The position numbers and the translations under genes are program-made. Positions 29,483 to 39,170 of a DNA stretch of 64,000 nt are shown here, in pieces. The stretch spans positions 3,328,001 through 3,392,000 of the forward strand of contig OZ244587.1 of assembly GCA_965218095.1 (NCBI GenBank), written 5' to 3'. Origin of the DNA: Candidatus Poribacteria bacterium. GTDB lineage: Bacteria > Poribacteria > WGA-4E > PCPOR2b. The notes beneath the pieces are model-generated. The model did not search any database, was not told where the DNA came from, and saw only the letters and a list, made by a program, of their open reading frames with translations. Within the stretch, counting starts at the first letter, position 1, and every line of letters starts with the position of its first letter.

Positions 29483-31828
29483 TTATTGATGCGGCTTGGC
29501 TTTTTTCTTTTTTGGTTTGATAATTTGTTCACGCGCCCATTCGCACCGTTCAATCCAATCCTCCGCGCTGTGAATCACCCCAAGGGGCAATGTGTTATCT
29601 GCGGCAATCCGGTGAAACTTCTCAATGGCTTGGTCATATTGTCCGAGCCGATACGAATTGACCCCGATGAGCCTCGTATTTTCAAGGAGCAAGAGTTGGT
29701 GCGGCAGCCCGAAAGCAACCGCTTTCAGCAGATAATGATTTGATGAGGCGTAGGCTTGATCAAAATGGAGTTGTCGTCCAATTAGATAGTACGCCGGCCC
29801 CCACGTTGGCGCCGCGTTGATGACCTCATGGAGCAATGTCATTCTGAGTCGGCTTGATGATTGGCCGATGAGCACCTGCTTGATTTTATCCTCTACATCG
29901 GCAAAGTCGAGCGCCAGCGTTGCTAGCTTGATCTGGACTTCCCGGTCGAGGGCATCAGATGGGTGAAGGGCAAAGACCTCTTGATAGCGTGAACGGGCGC
30001 CCTCATGCTCTCTCTGCTGCCAATAGACATTCCCCTCCACATTTTTCGCTTCTGCGATCTGCCTCACGCTTGCTTTGGGGTGCGCGATGATTCTCGCTGC
30101 CCACTCTAATGTTGAAAGATAATCTCCCATCTGATAATGCGTATACATTAGCCCATGCAGGTAGCGCGGATTATCGGGGTTAAATTGGTAGATCTGTTCA
30201 AATAAGTGGCTCCCAGCGCTGAAATTCGATCGGCGATACGCCCTCCACGCCTTTGCAGAAAGTTCAGCGATTTCATGGGCGCACGGTTTCTGGAAGATGC
30301 TTGGGCGTTTGAAACGGTGCTCCGCAATCGCCAGATCGACTGCCGGCAGAGAGACCGTATCCAGAAATGCCTCCCATTCTTGAACCAGCGCGGCCAGGGG
30401 TTTGCCGTAAACCTTCTCGAAATTTCCCTTTGGAAAGACACGCTTGAATTTCTCGATTCCATAAGTATCGACGAGGAAGCGCACAAAAGAACCCGCCAAC
30501 GTATAGCTCCGCGATGAGGCTTGTGTCCAGAAACCGAGCCCCATGATCCGCTGCATCCTTGGGGCAATCCGTAACTGCCGCATCGCCTGACTCCATTGAT
30601 GCGCTGTGAGCTTGCCTTCATCCCACTCTGCAGCAACAGCGAGCCCCTCATGCAGTCCGAGTTTGAGGCTCACTTTCAAGATCGGATGCCAATCCGTCGT
30701 CAATGCATGTGCTAACTCATGTTTCATGACCGGATGGGGGAAGTCCTCGTCATTAATGTGGAAGCCGTATCCAAGCGGGTCTTCAATCGATGTGCCTCGC
30801 GCTCCGATTAGCCGTTTTTTCTGTTCAGGAGATGTGTAGATATAGGATCTAACCTTCTTCGTTGGCTGGATTTGGAAGTAATGGATTAACTGCGCATAGC
30901 GGAACTCATGATCTTGCGCAATCCACTCAATCTCCCGTTCAACCCGCGAGCCCTTCTCGTAGTAAATTTTGAAATGCTCCGTCTCCTTCAACCCACCCAG
31001 TTTTTTCTCAATATACCCCCGTGTCGGACGCAAACCCAGATCTCCGCGACACAGATAGATCAGCGCGAATACCATCACCAGCGCAATGAGACGAATTCGA
31101 TGGTTTAGATCGTCAAAACGCGGCTTGAATCGACAAAGCTTCTGCCAATGGAGCATCAGTGTGAGTCGGGTATGCCTGCCAACCTCCAGTGTGTTGATCG
31201 CAAGCGACAGGAAGATCCACGCCAATAGCAATGTCGTTCCGCGTGCGATGAGCAGTATACCGGATATCACGATGCGTTCGTCATAAATGGGACCCGGGAA
31301 ATAACCGAAGGTCGAGTGATAGCCAAAGACCGGTGGGTGAAAGATGAGGTTGTAGGCAAGTGCCAGAAGCGTGACGAAGATGTAGGCAAGATAAGTGAGG
31401 TAAGCCGTCCAACGTCTCTTCAACCATAATCCGAAGAACACGCCTGCGGCGGTTGCATAGGCGCAACTGACCACCGGCAGAAGGAGGAAGAAAGCGAAAC
31501 CTTCCAAGAAATCGCAGTTTTTGACACGAAATGCGTTCAGCAGGATAATGATCAGGGGCAAGACCAGCAGTGTCAAGCCGTCCCCAAATACTCGCCAGAA
31601 CAGCGCCATGACGACCTGAGAGGCAGCGCCTCTGACAGCTTGTGTGCGACATCTGAGGTGTTGCACACCCGTTACGGCGATATGGGCCCCCGCAAATGAA
31701 ATACCGATAGCGAAGACCGTGCAGAATTCAAATGCCAGGAGGTTAAACAGTGGAAGATTTGCTAAAACCAACGCAAGGAGCGTAAACGCTATGAACCAGA
31801 TCCAGTAGGAGAAGGATTTGAAGGTCAT
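29483..31828 (-). CDS. Multi-TM membrane protein with HExxH gluzincin-like peptidase domain and TPRs
   Basis: N-terminal TMs; KHELAH..LHEGLA; C-terminal TPR-like helices. Confidence 0.8.
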   Translation of the reverse strand: MTFKSFSYWIWFIAFTLLALVLANLPLFNLLAFEFCTVFAIGISFAGAHIAVTGVQHLRCRTQAVRGAASQVVMALFWRVFGDGLTLLVLPLIIILLNAFRVKNCDFLEGFAFFLLLPVVSCAYATAAGVFFGLWLKRRWTAYLTYLAYIFVTLLALAYNLIFHPPVFGYHSTFGYFPGPIYDERIVISGILLIARGTTLLLAWIFLSLAINTLEVGRHTRLTLMLHWQKLCRFKPRFDDLNHRIRLIALVMVFALIYLCRGDLGLRPTRGYIEKKLGGLKETEHFKIYYEKGSRVEREIEWIAQDHEFRYAQLIHYFQIQPTKKVRSYIYTSPEQKKRLIGARGTSIEDPLGYGFHINDEDFPHPVMKHELAHALTTDWHPILKVSLKLGLHEGLAVAAEWDEGKLTAHQWSQAMRQLRIAPRMQRIMGLGFWTQASSRSYTLAGSFVRFLVDTYGIEKFKRVFPKGNFEKVYGKPLAALVQEWEAFLDTVSLPAVDLAIAEHRFKRPSIFQKPCAHEIAELSAKAWRAYRRSNFSAGSHLFEQIYQFNPDNPRYLHGLMYTHYQMGDYLSTLEWAARIIAHPKASVRQIAEAKNVEGNVYWQQREHEGARSRYQEVFALHPSDALDREVQIKLATLALDFADVEDKIKQVLIGQSSSRLRMTLLHEVINAAPTWGPAYYLIGRQLHFDQAYASSNHYLLKAVAFGLPHQLLLLENTRLIGVNSYRLGQYDQAIEKFHRIAADNTLPLGVIHSAEDWIERCEWAREQIIKPKKKKAKPHQ

Positions 31829-32023
31829 AAAATATAAACATTAGAAAGCAGAAAAACGAAAGATTAAGCCGATTGACAAGTTAGCATGTGAAACGCCAAA
31901 TCCATGGATAAGATATTTACGTTTCACGTATCAAGCCTCACACAAGCATTGATTCATTTTGCATAGTGTGGGGAAAATAAAACCCCAATAATTCACTTGA
32001 CTTGACAATAGAGTTATGGAATA

Positions 32024-32227
32024 ATGCAATTTATCGGGGTTCGCAGACTTGTAGGTAATAGTCAGAAGGAGATTGCCAATAAGTATCGCGATCTGCTCAT
32101 TGAACTTTACGGTGAGGAACAGGGGCGCAAAATCCAGTATGCCGAAGCGTTTGAAGCGTGTGGTTACGGGGTGCCGTTGATGGAAGAAAACAAACGGGTG
32201 ATTTTCCCATTTTTCCCAGAGTTATAA
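32024..32227 (+). pseudogene. C-terminal remnant of a PIG-L family deacetylase-like gene
   Basis: ANKYRDLLIELYGEEQGRKIQYAEAFEACGYG...FPF resembles recalled PIG-L C-termini. Confidence 0.45.
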
Positions 32228-32237
32228 GGAGTGAAGC

Positions 32238-32504
32238 ATGCCAACGGAAGAAGCTAGTGCCCGAACGCTGATGATGGTTGTCGGTGTCATCGGAATTATT
32301 TTTACAATTGTGATGGTCATCCTTTTCTTCAACGCAGCCCCCGCCCGCTCTGACATTCCAGAGCACCGGACTTACACGAATCCCGATGCCTGTCTGAAGT
32401 GCCATTTTCGTGGGACCGAGCAATCTCCAACCATGCCGCATCTCAAGGTGGGTGCCTGCAATCTCTGCCATCGGTTAGGCAAAGATAAAAAGCGTAAAAT
32501 ATAA
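32238..32504 (+). CDS. Small membrane-anchored diheme c-type cytochrome
   Basis: TM helix, then IPEH..CLKCH..MPH..CNLCH; RBS aaggag. Confidence 0.85.
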   Translation: MPTEEASARTLMMVVGVIGIIFTIVMVILFFNAAPARSDIPEHRTYTNPDACLKCHFRGTEQSPTMPHLKVGACNLCHRLGKDKKRKI

Positions 32505-32543
32505 AAAATCTGAAAACTCCGCAGAACGAGACTCTGTTGATTT

Positions 32544-33068
32544 CTATCGTCCGACCTCCCACGCCAGATGCTGCAATTCTGGTCCAATCAGTTTTTCCCA
32601 CGCCAACTGCACCGCAGCCGTTGATCCGGGCGTAGAGATCACCACCTTCCCGCGATATACGCCGGCGGTGGCGCGGGATAACATCGCTGCTGCACCTACC
32701 TGATCATAGCTAAACATGCGAAAGAGTTCGCCAAAGCCCGGCAGGGTCTTCTCCAGTGCACGGTTCAACACGTCAAAGGTCGTATCGCGTGGGGCGATAC
32801 CGGTGCCGCCGTTAAAGATAATTACGCGAGCGTCGCCTGCTGCGAGTTCGTCCAGCACAACGCTCACCTGATCCGGTTCGTCTTTGATGATGCGATACGC
32901 CACGACTTTATGGCTGTCTGCCGCCAATTGTTCGCGGAGGTAAGCTGCATTCTTATCTGTTTCCGGTGTGCGCGTGTCGCTAACGGTGACAATTGCTACA
33001 GGCACAGGTCCACCTTCCGTAGCCATCTCTCTGTGCTGCTCGGTGCTTGTCGAAGTTTTTTCCGCCAT
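32544..33068 (-). CDS. moaB: MoaB/MogA molybdenum cofactor biosynthesis protein
   Basis: [30 protein letters not shown]. Confidence 0.92.
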   Translation of the reverse strand: MAEKTSTSTEQHREMATEGGPVPVAIVTVSDTRTPETDKNAAYLREQLAADSHKVVAYRIIKDEPDQVSVVLDELAAGDARVIIFNGGTGIAPRDTTFDVLNRALEKTLPGFGELFRMFSYDQVGAAAMLSRATAGVYRGKVVISTPGSTAAVQLAWEKLIGPELQHLAWEVGR

Positions 33069-33212
33069 ATTTTTCCTCCTCTATAATCAAAAGCCATTAA
33101 TTCTACAATGTCACATTAAACGTTAGATTCAGTTGTAGCCCAACTTTCTAAGTTGGCAGAGATCGTGCGGAACCAAGATAGAATCTTGGTCTACAGAGGC
33201 AGTGTTGTCGCG

Positions 33213-34190
33213 TTAGCCAAGTGCTGCCGTGATGAGGCGGTACAGCTTCGGAACGGTGCGATCAAAATCCCCCGAGATATGATAGCTCTCGCCGCCATCT
33301 TTCACGGTACGCACGAGGATCGTTTTCTTGGGACGATGGTAGTAGTGGGCGTCCGTCGGACTCCCTTCGTCACGAAAATGGGGAAAGTCGATCAGATCAA
33401 AGTTCGCTGTCGTGAAATGCCGAATCTCCTCACCGCGTTGTGCGGCGATGTTTCGCGCCATTGACAGGCTCTTGAGATAGACCTCCGGCCCCATCACCGC
33501 CGACCCTAAGTTCAGAAACACGCCCCCCTCTAATTTGGAGATGCTGTGGGCGAAGCGCAGGAAATCCTCGCCGGTCGTGTAACCCATCGCCGCATAATCC
33601 GCGGCGGGGTGCTGATCGATGATGTCGTAGCCGATGCCTTTATGAACGGTCATTGGAACACCCAAACGATACCCCGCCGCAAACATGCTGATCTTCCGGT
33701 GTAGAAATCTGATGCTACACTCCCCTTCTTGAATTAACCTGCCAATTGCTTCGCCGAAGCCGATCTTGTCGTAATAGCCGCGAATGATTGCTTCGTTGAT
33801 GTAATGCCCGGTCTCCTCCCAATTGCCGAACTTCCCATCCCGGATATACCGCTCCACATCCTCCAGTGTTGCGCCGATCAGGGCGAGTTCAAAATCGTGG
33901 ATGGCGCCCGCGCCGTTTGTCGCCAAGTGGGTGAGGACGCAGCGTTCCATCAGATCAATGATATAGCGCGAATTCCCCCGCCGTAGGACGTGCGCCCCCA
34001 TCAGCCAGATGACCTGCTTCCCTTCCCGATGGGCCTGGACTATCCGATCCGCCACTATCTGCAGATCTCTGTTCTGATATGGTGGCGTCTCCGCATCCAG
34101 CGGATAGATATCCGCGACGGTCATTTTATGCTCACGTTGGGCTAATGGTAGAATCTTTAACTGTGTTCGATCTAATTTTGGATAAGCCAC
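33213..34190 (-). CDS. Conserved protein (deoxyhypusine-synthase-like fold family)
   Basis: MGAHV, ATNGAGAIHDFELAL, NLGSAVMGPEVYLK. Confidence 0.7.
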   Translation of the reverse strand: MAYPKLDRTQLKILPLAQREHKMTVADIYPLDAETPPYQNRDLQIVADRIVQAHREGKQVIWLMGAHVLRRGNSRYIIDLMERCVLTHLATNGAGAIHDFELALIGATLEDVERYIRDGKFGNWEETGHYINEAIIRGYYDKIGFGEAIGRLIQEGECSIRFLHRKISMFAAGYRLGVPMTVHKGIGYDIIDQHPAADYAAMGYTTGEDFLRFAHSISKLEGGVFLNLGSAVMGPEVYLKSLSMARNIAAQRGEEIRHFTTANFDLIDFPHFRDEGSPTDAHYYHRPKKTILVRTVKDGGESYHISGDFDRTVPKLYRLITAALG

Positions 34191-34263
34191 AACTCATAAG
34201 TCTCCCTGATTTGATGTTTTCTGATTATACCAGAGAGCATGAAACGCTGCAACCGTGAAATGG

Positions 34264-34368
34264 CTAGTGCAGCGTGGCGGAAGTCCTTTACCAGTTCCGA
34301 GTTTTTGCCAAAAACTCGGTTTCTCCTCACTGACCAACCGGTTAATGATTTCTGCCGACGTGTACTAG
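34264..34368. mobile_element. MITE, inverted copy of the 11006-11121 family
   Basis: ctagtgcagcgtggcggaagtcctttacca...gagtttttgccaaaaactcggtttc...ctgccgacgtgtactag. Confidence 0.8.
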
Positions 34369-34479
34369 GTTTATGCTCCAGCCTTTGGAAGGTTGAGCGA
34401 CGGATTACCTGGGCGGCGATTTGACGAATCTTATTTCCCCAAAAGAAAAAACCCTCCGAAGGTTTAATCTGCTCATTTA

Positions 34480-35442
34480 TTACGAAAACACAGAGTAAGG
34501 TAGCAGTTCGCCCTTCAGCCCGGCAAGCAGGTTTTCAGCCGCCATCGTTGCCATCCGCGTGCGGGTCTGGAAGGTTGAACTGCCAAGATGTGGGAAGATG
34601 AGAGCGTTATCAAGCGTCAGCAATGGATCGTCCGTCGGGAGGGGCTCCGGGTCTGTCACATCAAGCGCGGTGCCTGCGATTTCTCCGGTCTTCAATGCCT
34701 CGTACAGCGCCACCGGATCTACCACCGGTCCCCGCGCGATATTCACGAGAATCGCCGTGGACTTCATCTTTTGCAATTCTGCCTTGCCAATCAGATGATG
34801 GGTTTCCGGCGTCATCGGGACATGCAGGGTCACAAAGTCGGATTCTTCAAGCAAGCGATCAAAGGTGGCATATTCAACCCCCAACTCCGCCTCCCAGTCT
34901 TCGCGGCGATTTCGCTTGTAATACAAGACCCGCATATCAAATCCCAACGCCCTTTTGGCGACCTCATAACCGATTCGGCCCATACCGATAATGCCGATTG
35001 TTGCGTGATGCACGTCGTATCCATGGAAGCTGTTTGGATCATAGTATGTCCACTGCTTCGCTTGAACGTAGTTACTGGCAGGGATGAGGTGTCGCGCTGC
35101 CGCAAGGAGTTGTGCGAAGGTTGTATCTGCGGTGGTTTCGCTCAACACGCCGGGCGTGTTTCCAACCTCGATGCCTCTCGCCTTTGCAGCGTTTGCGTCA
35201 ACGTGATTGTACCCAACGCCGACGACGGCAATTACCTTGAGATTTGGGGCGCTGGCGATCATCGCCGCTGTCACTGGCTCGTGACTGTAAGTGACCAGCC
35301 CATCAAGCCCCGACATCTTCTCCGCAATCGGGGGCAGAATCGCGCTCGTATACCACATATCGACTTCGCACTTGGCTTCAATCATTTCTAACGCTTTTTC
35401 TGGAATGGGACGGGTAATAAAGACTTTCGGCTTCAATGGCAA
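34480..35442 (-). CDS. D-glycerate dehydrogenase / glyoxylate reductase (D-2-hydroxyacid DH)
   Basis: NTPGVL, GIIGMGRIG, NIARGPVVD, LDVTDPEP, PHLGS. Confidence 0.93.
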   Translation of the reverse strand: MPLKPKVFITRPIPEKALEMIEAKCEVDMWYTSAILPPIAEKMSGLDGLVTYSHEPVTAAMIASAPNLKVIAVVGVGYNHVDANAAKARGIEVGNTPGVLSETTADTTFAQLLAAARHLIPASNYVQAKQWTYYDPNSFHGYDVHHATIGIIGMGRIGYEVAKRALGFDMRVLYYKRNRREDWEAELGVEYATFDRLLEESDFVTLHVPMTPETHHLIGKAELQKMKSTAILVNIARGPVVDPVALYEALKTGEIAGTALDVTDPEPLPTDDPLLTLDNALIFPHLGSSTFQTRTRMATMAAENLLAGLKGELLPYSVFS

Positions 35443-35490
35443 TACCTCCTAATGCGTGATGCGCAATGCGTAAAACCTAGCTGTAAGGGA

Positions 35491-35518
35491 TTGACAATAC
35501 AAAGGAAGCAGTTATAAT
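35491..35518 (+). promoter_or_regulatory. Consensus sigma70 promoter
   Basis: TTGACA-N16-TATAAT; a second extended -10 TGGTATAAT lies at 35651-35659. Confidence 0.65.
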
Positions 35519-35816
35519 ACCGTTTCTGAATAAAAATGCAGCATTAGAGTGGAAGGAAGGGAAGAACGGAAGGAAAGGAAGGCGGGTTTTCTTCCCTTCT
35601 TCCCTTCTCTCCATTCCTTCCAGAGGTTATGCTTGATTATCAATCGGCAATGGTATAATATAGGCAACCCTCGCCCACTATTCATTTGAGGATATTATAA
35701 TGCATGAGGGGGCGTATTCTCAAGAGGTTTCTGTCTTCGACTTCACTCAAGGGAGGGTGGGATACTTACTGCACACCCTACCCGCTGACGAATAGTCAGT
35801 CCAAGAGAGAATCACA

Positions 35817-36030
35817 TTGAGTCAAAAAGTCAACCGACAGAACACCCCACCCCAACCCCCACAACCACAGATCCGTTGGCGTGTAATCTGGTTGGGTCTG
35901 GGACTCATCCTTTTCAACAACTACTGACTTTTCAACAACTACTGAGTTTTCGCGATGTTGCGTTGGGAAGAAGGCCTCCCAACGACTATGTCGCTCTTCT
36001 TCAACGTGATTTTCATCTTGACGGTTTGGC
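35817..36030 (+). pseudogene. N-terminal remnant of a membrane protein (DUF6785-like) with an 18-bp duplication
   Basis: IRWRVIWLGLGLILFNNY*LFNNY*VFAM..TTMSLFFNVIFIL; cttttcaacaactactga x2 at 35910-35945. Confidence 0.6.
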
Positions 36031-36203
36031 TTGAGAGCGTTTCATCGTGGCCAGAAGTTTCGCAACACTTCAGCGCGGACAGCGTTGATGTTGCCTTCCT
36101 CACACCAGTCTGACCGCTGTGCAATCAATCCATCGGGTTGATCCAACGCGCAATCGAGGCGGTCGAAATCTCAACCGTGAAGAATCGTGTGGAAGCATGT
36201 TAG
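36031..36203 (+). pseudogene. Remnant of a GrdB/PrdB-like (glycine/proline reductase B-like) selenoprotein
   Basis: PEVSQHFSADSVDVAFLTPV-TGA(36111)-PLCNQSIGLIQRAIEAVEISTV; hairpin ATCAATCC-ATC-GGGTTGAT at 36124-36142. Confidence 0.75.
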
Positions 36204-36552
36204 GAGAGGGAAAACAAGGAATTCATCATTAGTTCATCAGTTCAGGAGTAACATTTTACGTTTACGAACCACGCATCGCAGCCTGTTGCTGCTTGATTTC
36301 TCTGGCTCGCGGGTCTCCGCTCGTCGTCGTCGCTTTTTCTTGCGCTTTATATGGGGATGGGTTATAATACCAATTCTGATAAAGAGTCAAGTATTGTTGA
36401 AACGAGGGAGCAGGCGAGCCGGCAAGCAGAAGAAGAAAGTGAGCAGGTGTGAAAGTGGGCAAAAGCAGAAGAAGCAACTTCCTGTCTTTGTTTTTTCTCA
36501 CTTTCTCCTCCTCTCACTTTCTCATTGTCTCTGCGCTTTCTGTCCGAATCAT

Positions 36553-36581
36553 GCGACAAAATTATTCAGAAACGGTATAAT
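36553..36581 (+). promoter_or_regulatory. Putative sigma70 promoter of the rex-hem-ccm operon
   Basis: GCGACA-N17-TATAAT, 35 nt before the rex ATG. Confidence 0.55.
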
Positions 36582-36616
36582 GTACCGAATTTCCATACAG
36601 TTTGTGGTCAGGTCAA

Positions 36617-37270
36617 ATGTCCTCGAATGCTGCGTCTATTCTGAACCATGAATATATCTCCGAAGCCACGATTAATCGACTTTCTCTGTACTCCCGGCTT
36701 TTAGGGACGCTTGAACTCGAAGGGGTCACTGTTGTCTCTTCAAAGGATTTATCAGGACACACCGATTTCACAGCGACTCAAATCCGAAGGGACTTAGCCT
36801 GTTTTGGGCAATTCGGGAAGCGGGGGATTGGTTATGAGGTTGCTGCGCTCAAGCGAGCCGTTGACAAAATTCTCGGCGTCCATGTTCCCCGGAAGGTTGC
36901 ACTCATTGGCGTTGGCAACTTGGGCAGTGCCTTATTGGGGTATCGCGTACTCCGGGAACACAATTTTGAGATTGTCGCGGCATTCGATAGTGATTCGGAA
37001 AAATGGGATCGAGTCATCAATAATGTCGTTGTCCGAAACATTGAGCAACTTCCCGAAACAGTACAATCCCAGCAGATTAAAATTGGCATTATCGCCGTGC
37101 CTCTCCATGCTGCTCAGAGCGCACTAGACTGCCTCGTCTCGGCAGGAGTCAAAGCGATTCTTAACTTTGCCCCGGCTCGTCTGACCGTTCCTCGTCATAT
37201 TAAACTGAGGAATGTCGATTTATCTATAGAGCTTGAGGGGCTTTCTTACTTTTTGCAGCATGAATCGTAA
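36617..37270 (+). CDS. rex: Redox-sensing transcriptional repressor Rex
   Basis: ATINRLSLY, QIRRDLACFGQFGKRGIGY, GVGNLG, ILNFAP. Confidence 0.96.
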   Translation: MSSNAASILNHEYISEATINRLSLYSRLLGTLELEGVTVVSSKDLSGHTDFTATQIRRDLACFGQFGKRGIGYEVAALKRAVDKILGVHVPRKVALIGVGNLGSALLGYRVLREHNFEIVAAFDSDSEKWDRVINNVVVRNIEQLPETVQSQQIKIGIIAVPLHAAQSALDCLVSAGVKAILNFAPARLTVPRHIKLRNVDLSIELEGLSYFLQHES

Positions 37271-37344
37271 CAGAGATTGCATCTTGTATTTCGTATGCTT
37301 ACCTTATGGTCTCCTGAATGACTGAACCAGTGAGAGAAACGGAT

Positions 37345-38322
37345 ATGAGTCACTTTCCTATCTATCGACCTAGACGACTTCGCGCCAACGAAAACCTGCG
37401 GCGCCTTGTTCGAGAGACGCAGCTTTTCGTTGATGACTTAATCTACCCGATGTTTGTCGTTCACGGGGTTGATGTCGCACATGAAATTCCATCAATGCCG
37501 GGGTGCTACCAATATTCGGTCGATCGGCTTGTCAGAGAGGCGAAAGCGCTCGCCTCCCTTCGCATTCCGGGGACAATCCTATTCGGTATCCCGCAAGCCA
37601 AAGACCCGGTCGGCTCAGAAGCTTATGATGACGACGGCATCATTCAGCAGGCTGTGCGAGCAATCAAGGATGCCGTCCCCGAATTCCTCGTGATGACTGA
37701 TGTTTGTCTCTGCGAATATACAGACCATGGGCATTGCGGTGTCATTCATGAGGGGGAGGTGCTGAACGACCCGACGTTGGAGTTGTTGGTCAAAGAAAGC
37801 TTGTCGCATGCCTGCGCCGGCGCAGACGTCATCGCTCCGTCCGACATGATGGATGGACGGGTCGGCGCTATCCGAAAGGCGTTGGACGAAAACGGATACG
37901 ATCAAACCCCCATCATGGCGTATTCCGCAAAATATGCGTCCGCGTTTTACGGTCCCTTCCGGGAGGCGGCAGAATCCGCCCCGCAGTTTGGCGATAGACG
38001 CGCGTATCAGATGGACCCACCGAATGTGGAGGAAGCGTTGCGGGAGGTTGCTCTAGACATTGAGGAAGGCGCGGATATTCTCATGGTCAAGCCTGCGCTG
38101 TCCTATCTTGACGTAGTCTGTCGGGTGAAAGCGCGTTTTCAGGTGCCTATCGCTGCGTATAACGTGAGCGGGGAGTACGCGATGATCAAAGCCGCTGGAC
38201 AAAACGGTTGGATTGACGAAAAGCGGGTTGCACTTGAGGCGCTGACTAGCATCAAGCGTGCGGGGGCGGATATAATCTTGACCTATTTTGCGAAATCGGT
38301 TGTCGAGTGGCTTGAAGAATGA
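37345..38322 (+). CDS. hemB: Porphobilinogen synthase
   Basis: [32 protein letters not shown]. Confidence 0.97.
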   Translation: MSHFPIYRPRRLRANENLRRLVRETQLFVDDLIYPMFVVHGVDVAHEIPSMPGCYQYSVDRLVREAKALASLRIPGTILFGIPQAKDPVGSEAYDDDGIIQQAVRAIKDAVPEFLVMTDVCLCEYTDHGHCGVIHEGEVLNDPTLELLVKESLSHACAGADVIAPSDMMDGRVGAIRKALDENGYDQTPIMAYSAKYASAFYGPFREAAESAPQFGDRRAYQMDPPNVEEALREVALDIEEGADILMVKPALSYLDVVCRVKARFQVPIAAYNVSGEYAMIKAAGQNGWIDEKRVALEALTSIKRAGADIILTYFAKSVVEWLEE

Positions 38323-38325
38323 CAA

Positions 38326-38445
38326 ATGACTCAAGATGAAATGGTCAACCAAAACCTAGACCTCCTTTCGGATTTTATAAACGATACCTTTGAACAGCCT
38401 GATATCCTGGAGGGCAGCCCACTAGACGCGACGCTCAGACAATGA
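38326..38445 (+). pseudogene. Fragment of a small hypothetical (antitoxin-like) gene
   Basis: MTQDEMVNQNLDLLSDFINDTFEQPDILE..., truncated. Confidence 0.4.
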
Positions 38446-38539
38446 CGAGCTCCCGTTGGTACTCGGTACCAGAGCTGACACTGAGGATTAGGTTTTCAGA
38501 GTCCAAGATATGTACACCTGATTTTGAGGAGATTATTCG

Positions 38540-39046
38540 ATGTCAAACGAAGTCAGAGAAGAAAGGGAATCGGTTGAAGGCATGTCGATTCCAGCCTACT
38601 TTGATCGGTATGTGACCAGTGAATTCCGTGCGTTGGAGAAGCAAATTGACGCATTTAAGGAAGATTTCAATCACCGGTTTGAATCCGTGAATCAACGCTT
38701 TGAGGCAACAGACCGACACTTTGAGAAGATAGATCGTCGTTTTGAAGTTGTAGAATAGCGGCTGGACGCGATAGAACAGCATCTAACCAAATTGCAAGAA
38801 GAGATGAACCTCCGATTTGAAATGGTTGATCAGCGATTTGAAGCTATCGAGCGGCGGTTCATTGATCTGGAAAAAAACTGGGATGCACGTTACAATAACC
38901 TTCAGCACAATATGGATTTAAGATTTGCTGACATGAATCAACGGCTGGATCGGCTGGAAGGAACTTTGAAGAGGGGCTTTGGATTATTCGCTCCTGTCAT
39001 TATAGGAATTTTGGCAATCCTCGTTAAACAGTTTTTGGGGGCATAA
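38540..39046 (+). pseudogene. Heptad-repeat coiled-coil protein with C-terminal TM (DUF1640-like); internal TAG 38756-58
   Basis: RFExxxx heptads continue in frame across the TAG. Confidence 0.75.
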
Positions 39047-39170
39047 CAGATTAGCAGCTAATACGATTGAGTTACAACGGAAAACACAGCGTCTCGCAGT
39101 CCTGTTGTGGGATGGCTCACAGACAGTTGATAAAAAATGAAGTATCTTTCAAGTCAAGAGGTGAGACACC

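Noticed and set aside
35925-35945. In-frame TGA codons in NNY* as Sec or Trp recoding
   Set aside because: No redox motif; the second TGA comes from an 18-bp duplication; TGA ends many intact genes.
36500-36616. Rex operator upstream of rex
   Set aside because: No convincing TTGTGAA-N4-TTCACAA palindrome seen.
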